Source: Paraspadella gotoi
Lineage: Eukaryota; Animalia; Chaetognatha
Assembly (NCBI GenBank): GCA_051294375.1
Contig: CM119266.1
Span: 473,132 to 537,131, forward strand
Direction: 5' to 3'
Length of the DNA: 64,000 nucleotides
In this document: piece after piece, positions 59,514 through 64,000 of the stretch
Position numbering within the stretch: the stretch's first letter is position 1
How the letters are laid out: the number at the start of each line of letters is the position of its first letter
The notes under the pieces: generated by a model
Seen by the model: only the letters and a program-made list of their open reading frames with translations
The model's database searches: none
What the model was told of the DNA's origin: nothing
Program-made: the position numbers and the translations under genes

Positions 59514-61407
59514 AATGGTTTATGATCATTAAAAGATTTTTAAAGAGAATTAACTTCTATCTATTCCGTCCTTGGACTTTGGACCTCGTGGGTTGTTTCC
59601 TTGTTTCTTTGTTTCCAAAAAATACCACAATGTTGTTAATGGATGAGACTTTCTCCTCTTTTTTCTATTTTAAGAACGGTCAATATATTTTCAAAAGTTT
59701 AAGCACATTGTAAAATATTTTGCACTATGTTATGAGGAAGATAAAATAAAATAAATGAAAAAATAGTAAGTTTATATATATTTTATTTATAATCAAAATG
59801 AAAGACAACTTTTGAAGATATTATACTTATAGATTTTTTTTATCTTTTATTTCACGGATGCATACTAAAGCCGTTGAATATAGGAAATATTGAAATTTGA
59901 AAAAAAACAAGGAACGGTTATTCCAAGGTGTTGCGCCGCATTACTTTTCTTTTTATGTCATTTATTCTTTATAGTTTCTTTAAGATTTCTTTAAGATTTC
60001 TTTAAAAACAGAAGGTGCGCCAGCAGTCGCTTAGATTTGATTTTTAACAAATGAGCAACAAACTATAAGCAAGTTATAAGCGTTTTTAACGTAAGTGGGA
60101 CAAACGACCGACAGACATACCGACGGACCGACAAACCGACCGACAAAAGTGACTTATGGCAGTGTCTACGAAACGCCTTTCTTAAACCATTGATTTCTAA
60201 CTGTAAAAATTACTACTTTTTAGTGTCTCGTTTGATTCTTCTGGTCATTCTTGATTTTAAAATCGGTTTGGAATAGTTATCTCTCTATCATTAAGCACAA
60301 CGCGCTGTTGCTTATTCTAATACTTCAAAATTCGCTATGACGAAAGTTCTTTCAGAGTTTTTGAACTAATTGAGTTGAAAATCTATTTCAACTATCGAGT
60401 TACGAAATCTACGTAAACTATTGGTTTAAAAAAATGGAAAAGTTTTAAGCTTTTTGCGAGAAGAAATGGAGCGTAGACACTCACGTCTTAGTTAGAATCA
60501 GCGATTTTTTTCATTTAAATCTAAGCATTATTATAGAGATGAGCATCGTTCAAATCGAAGTCGATCAAGATTCCTTTATATTTCACTTCTATTCAAACTG
60601 CATAGTCACGGCCATAAACTAAATTATGATCAATATGGGTAGATTCGAAAGCTTGAGCGTCTTGGGAAAGCCAACCGGAGGTAGAGCGCGATCGAAATTC
60701 CCATTTTATCATGCCCAAAAATGGTATTTAATGACTGGTCAGGCCTGTTTTTTCCCCTATTTCCCAAGAAAACCCTGGCTTGATTTTGTAAAATAGAACA
60801 AATCATACATCATCAGTCATGTTTCGAAACCTTATTGTCTTCTCTAATGATAAAAAAAGCAAAAGTTAAAATTCTTGCAATCTTAATGCTTGATAAGCAT
60901 CAAATGAACTGGTTTTTTAGGTGAAACTGCCATAGTCAAGCCTTTCAATTTTTTTCATTTGATTCAAACATCGACAGAAACTGTATTGTTTTTACTATTC
61001 AGTTCAGTAGAGCGCGGGCTTAATTCAAAAGCGTTTTCTCAATATAATGCAAAATTTAAAAAAGTCCAATAAAAACTTATTAAAAACAAAAATCGTCGCA
61101 CAGTGTTGCTTGTGAGTTCAAAATGCTAGAAAATAAATTTTTAAATTTTTTATATTATTATATAATATATAAAAATATTATATAAATATAATTATAGTAT
61201 TGGAAAATATTTTTTTTATTCAATCTGAGAAAGGTAGTACTATATATTAAAAAATATATATATATAAAAAATATATTTTATAATAAAATTAATTAATTTT
61301 TTTATTATGGTATGATTAAAAAATATAAGATTAAAATAAAATTTTAATTTTAATAAAATATAATAATCATATTAATATAATAAATCAAAAAAAAATTATT
61401 TTTTTAT

Positions 61408-61440
<33 letters not shown>

Positions 61441-61948
61441 TATAATAAATAAAATATAAATATTTTATTTTTTAATTTTATTTTTTAATTCTAATTATTA
61501 TTTTATTTTTATTATTATTATTTTATTATTATTATTATTTTATTATTATTATATAATTGATAATAATATATATTTTATTATAAAATAATTTATTTTATTT
61601 ATTTAAAATTATAAAAAATTATGTTTAATTTTTTTAATATTCAAATAAATTTAAAAAAAATATTTTATAATTAATATATATAATAAAAAAATATTTTAAC
61701 TGAACGGATTTTTCTGAAAAATTCAGGCCCAGGATCTCACTGTGCGCCGGTTCTAAGCTTAGTACTACGCATAGTACTAATCTTTGTTGGATCAAAACGA
61801 GCTCGATTTTAAAGGAAAGTTGATCGGTTTGAAGAGCGATTTTTGCGATTGCTTTTGGCGATTACTTTGAACGGATTGTCGGATTATGATGAAATTATGC
61901 ATGTAGATAATGTTTGTAATGTCTATCGAACGCTACCATTCTTTCATT

Positions 61949-61979
<31 letters not shown>

Positions 61980-62129
61980 TTCTTTCTTTCTTTCTTTCTC
62001 TCTTTCTTTCTCTCTTTCTTTCTCTCCTTCTTTCTTTCTTTCTATCTTTTTTTCCTCTTTTTCCTCTTTTTCTCTCTCACTCTCTTTTTCTACCCACCTG
62101 TAGTGAAGTTCGGACCTAGTGTGCAACGG

Positions 62130-63896
62130 ACTTGACTTGACTTGATAGGCGTTCGTCCTTCGGGGACTGCCTCACTCTCAATGCTGTCGTCGTATGTGTC
62201 GCGCTCGATTTGATCTATCGAGATCCATTCCGCAAAGATTACATCTAACTCGAACACTTTTGAAAACTCTAGCTTCTTCAACTTCTCTTCCTGAGCTCAT
62301 TAGACCAGCTATCTCACAGCTTCTCCGGTGCTTGCTTATATAATTCGGGCTATACTCTTTCCCACAAACGCACTTCCTTTTCGATGAGTCACTGGCCTTA
62401 CCACCACATACCTTATAGTGGTTAATCAGGTTTGCTTCCTGACGGAAAGATTCATCACATTTTCCGCAACTGAAAGACTTCTTCTGACTGGATACCTCGT
62501 GAATCCTTTTCTTGTGTGTCACAAGACCGGCTCTCGACTTGCATTCTTTTCCACAGTAAGACAAACTAGATTACTTTCTCTTCTCCCAACATTCCTTGTT
62601 ATGCTGTCCCCCCTCCACTTATGCCCTAGACTCTTTTCCCATTCCCACAGGTGGTCCATCCTCTCCTTTACTCGAATTCTTCATAGCTTTCGGTTTCGTC
62701 ATTACTCCTATATCGCACAATCCATCCAGCCTCTCTTAATATTTTCTCCAGTAGTGGTGGGTCCTTCTGTTCCTTTTACCTTTTAACTCCCATTTCTCTA
62801 GTTCGCTCATCCATCCAAGGATTACAGCCTTGGCTATTCGTCATCCTCCATCCTCATCACATGTCCTATCCTTTCTAACACTCTCTTTTCAATTTTCCAT
62901 CTTATGCTTTTATCCTCAGGTGAGATTCACATCCTGCATGTTAACACCTTCCTCCTGCATTTGAATCAACGGGGGCTTATTTCTCGTCTCCACAAATCTA
63001 TATGCTTTGTCTACAAAGCTCTGAAGAGATTTTATTTCCCTTAGAGTCCAAACTCTTACGGCACTGTCAAAAAGGAGAGAGTTTCTAACGCATGCTTCTA
63101 TTATTCTTGCCTGCATCCTCTGGATAGGCTCGACCCACTGAGCTGTTTTTAAGCTTCCACACGTCTTATTTGCTCTCTTGATTCTGTTCTTCACATCGTC
63201 CTTCATCCCATCCAGCTGCTAACATCTTACCCCACCACTACTTCTCTACAAATTCAAGTTTCTCTTCTTTGTCATCATTGTTCCTTTCCTCATATCTCCC
63301 CATGACCTCCTTAACTATTCCCACTCCTCCTTCCACTTCCTTTTCATCCCTACTAGAGTTGTGTCATCAGCAAAAGGCTTTCATAACTATTCCAATGGAC
63401 TCTGAATTCCTTTTGCCCCACATTTCTCCTGTATGAAGCTTCCGGTACCCAGTTGTACTGTATTCCAAATGTATCCCATTCTCTTCGCTCGAGATTTCCT
63501 TTCTATCGCTGCTTGTCTCATCACCGCCTGGTGATATATGTTGAATAAATCACAGGAGTTGGGCATCCTTCCTTAATCTCTTTGTGACCGCTTTCACTAG
63601 TCCCTCTTTCCCTCTTTCAGCATATTCCGTCGTTCATTAGATTTACCAACACCTTCAGGAAGGCGCCATTCAGTCCATATCTCTCCAAGAGCCTCCACAA
63701 AGCGGCTTGTTGACTCTAGGATATGCTTTCTCAGGTCGAGCAGTCTTGCTACTGGTGAAAGTTCCACACCCCTCACCCTCCTTGCTTCCAGGTCTAAAGC
63801 ATCTTCCTGCATTCTAACATCATCTGTGTGGCATCTGCTGTTGATCTTCCGCTCCTGAATCCGATTGATCGTCATCCAGAAGCTCATGTCTTCTGC
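62130..63896 (-). mobile_element. 5'-truncated, frameshifted non-LTR retrotransposon (RTE-like) with C-terminal zinc fingers
   Basis: RT motifs QSGFRSGRSTAD (after frameshift), GCPT..LFNIYHQ and FADDTTLVG. C-terminal CGKECKSRAGLVTHKKRIH and CGKCDESFRQEANLINHYKVC. (CAAGT)3 tail at 62130-62144. Confidence 0.88.
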
Positions 63897-64000
63897 CTCG
63901 CTCGCTCGCTCGATCGGTCGGTCCGTCAGGATGGTCTTTGGCTAAAGGATTTTGTATTGTGAGTTTTGTGAATTTATTTTTAAAAGCAGCTGCGGGGGGA

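Noticed and set aside
61130-61700. Organellar insertion or control region
   Set aside because: Only low-complexity A/T sequence, with no tRNA, rRNA or coding remnant.

Overview
Eukaryotic genomic DNA, most likely from an invertebrate animal: AT-rich GT-AG introns, GC-rich exons and (GA)n/(GATTT)n microsatellites. It comes from an unpolished long-read assembly, with many indels, N gaps, redundant direct and inverted copies and a probable unremoved PacBio hairpin adapter. Most ORFs in the supplied track are therefore spurious. After collapsing redundancy, the locus reads: (1) a METTL27/WBSCR27-like methyltransferase (-); (2) a STELLO/DUF288-like glycosyltransferase (+) with an extra ~430-aa C-terminal domain and four tRNA genes in its last intron; (3) a convergent alanine aminotransferase (GPT, -) whose 5.6-kb intron holds two tandem cytosolic sulfotransferase genes on the opposite strand; (4) the 3' half of a BCCT-family transporter; (5) an RTE-like LINE. 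The introns are rich in structured-RNA elements. These include three TSD-delimited Penelope-like insertions with inverted, hammerhead-ribozyme-bearing arms, a candidate P5-permuted twister ribozyme and a perfect 72-nt antisense copy of the last GPT exon. All calls were made by eye from motifs; no searches were run.
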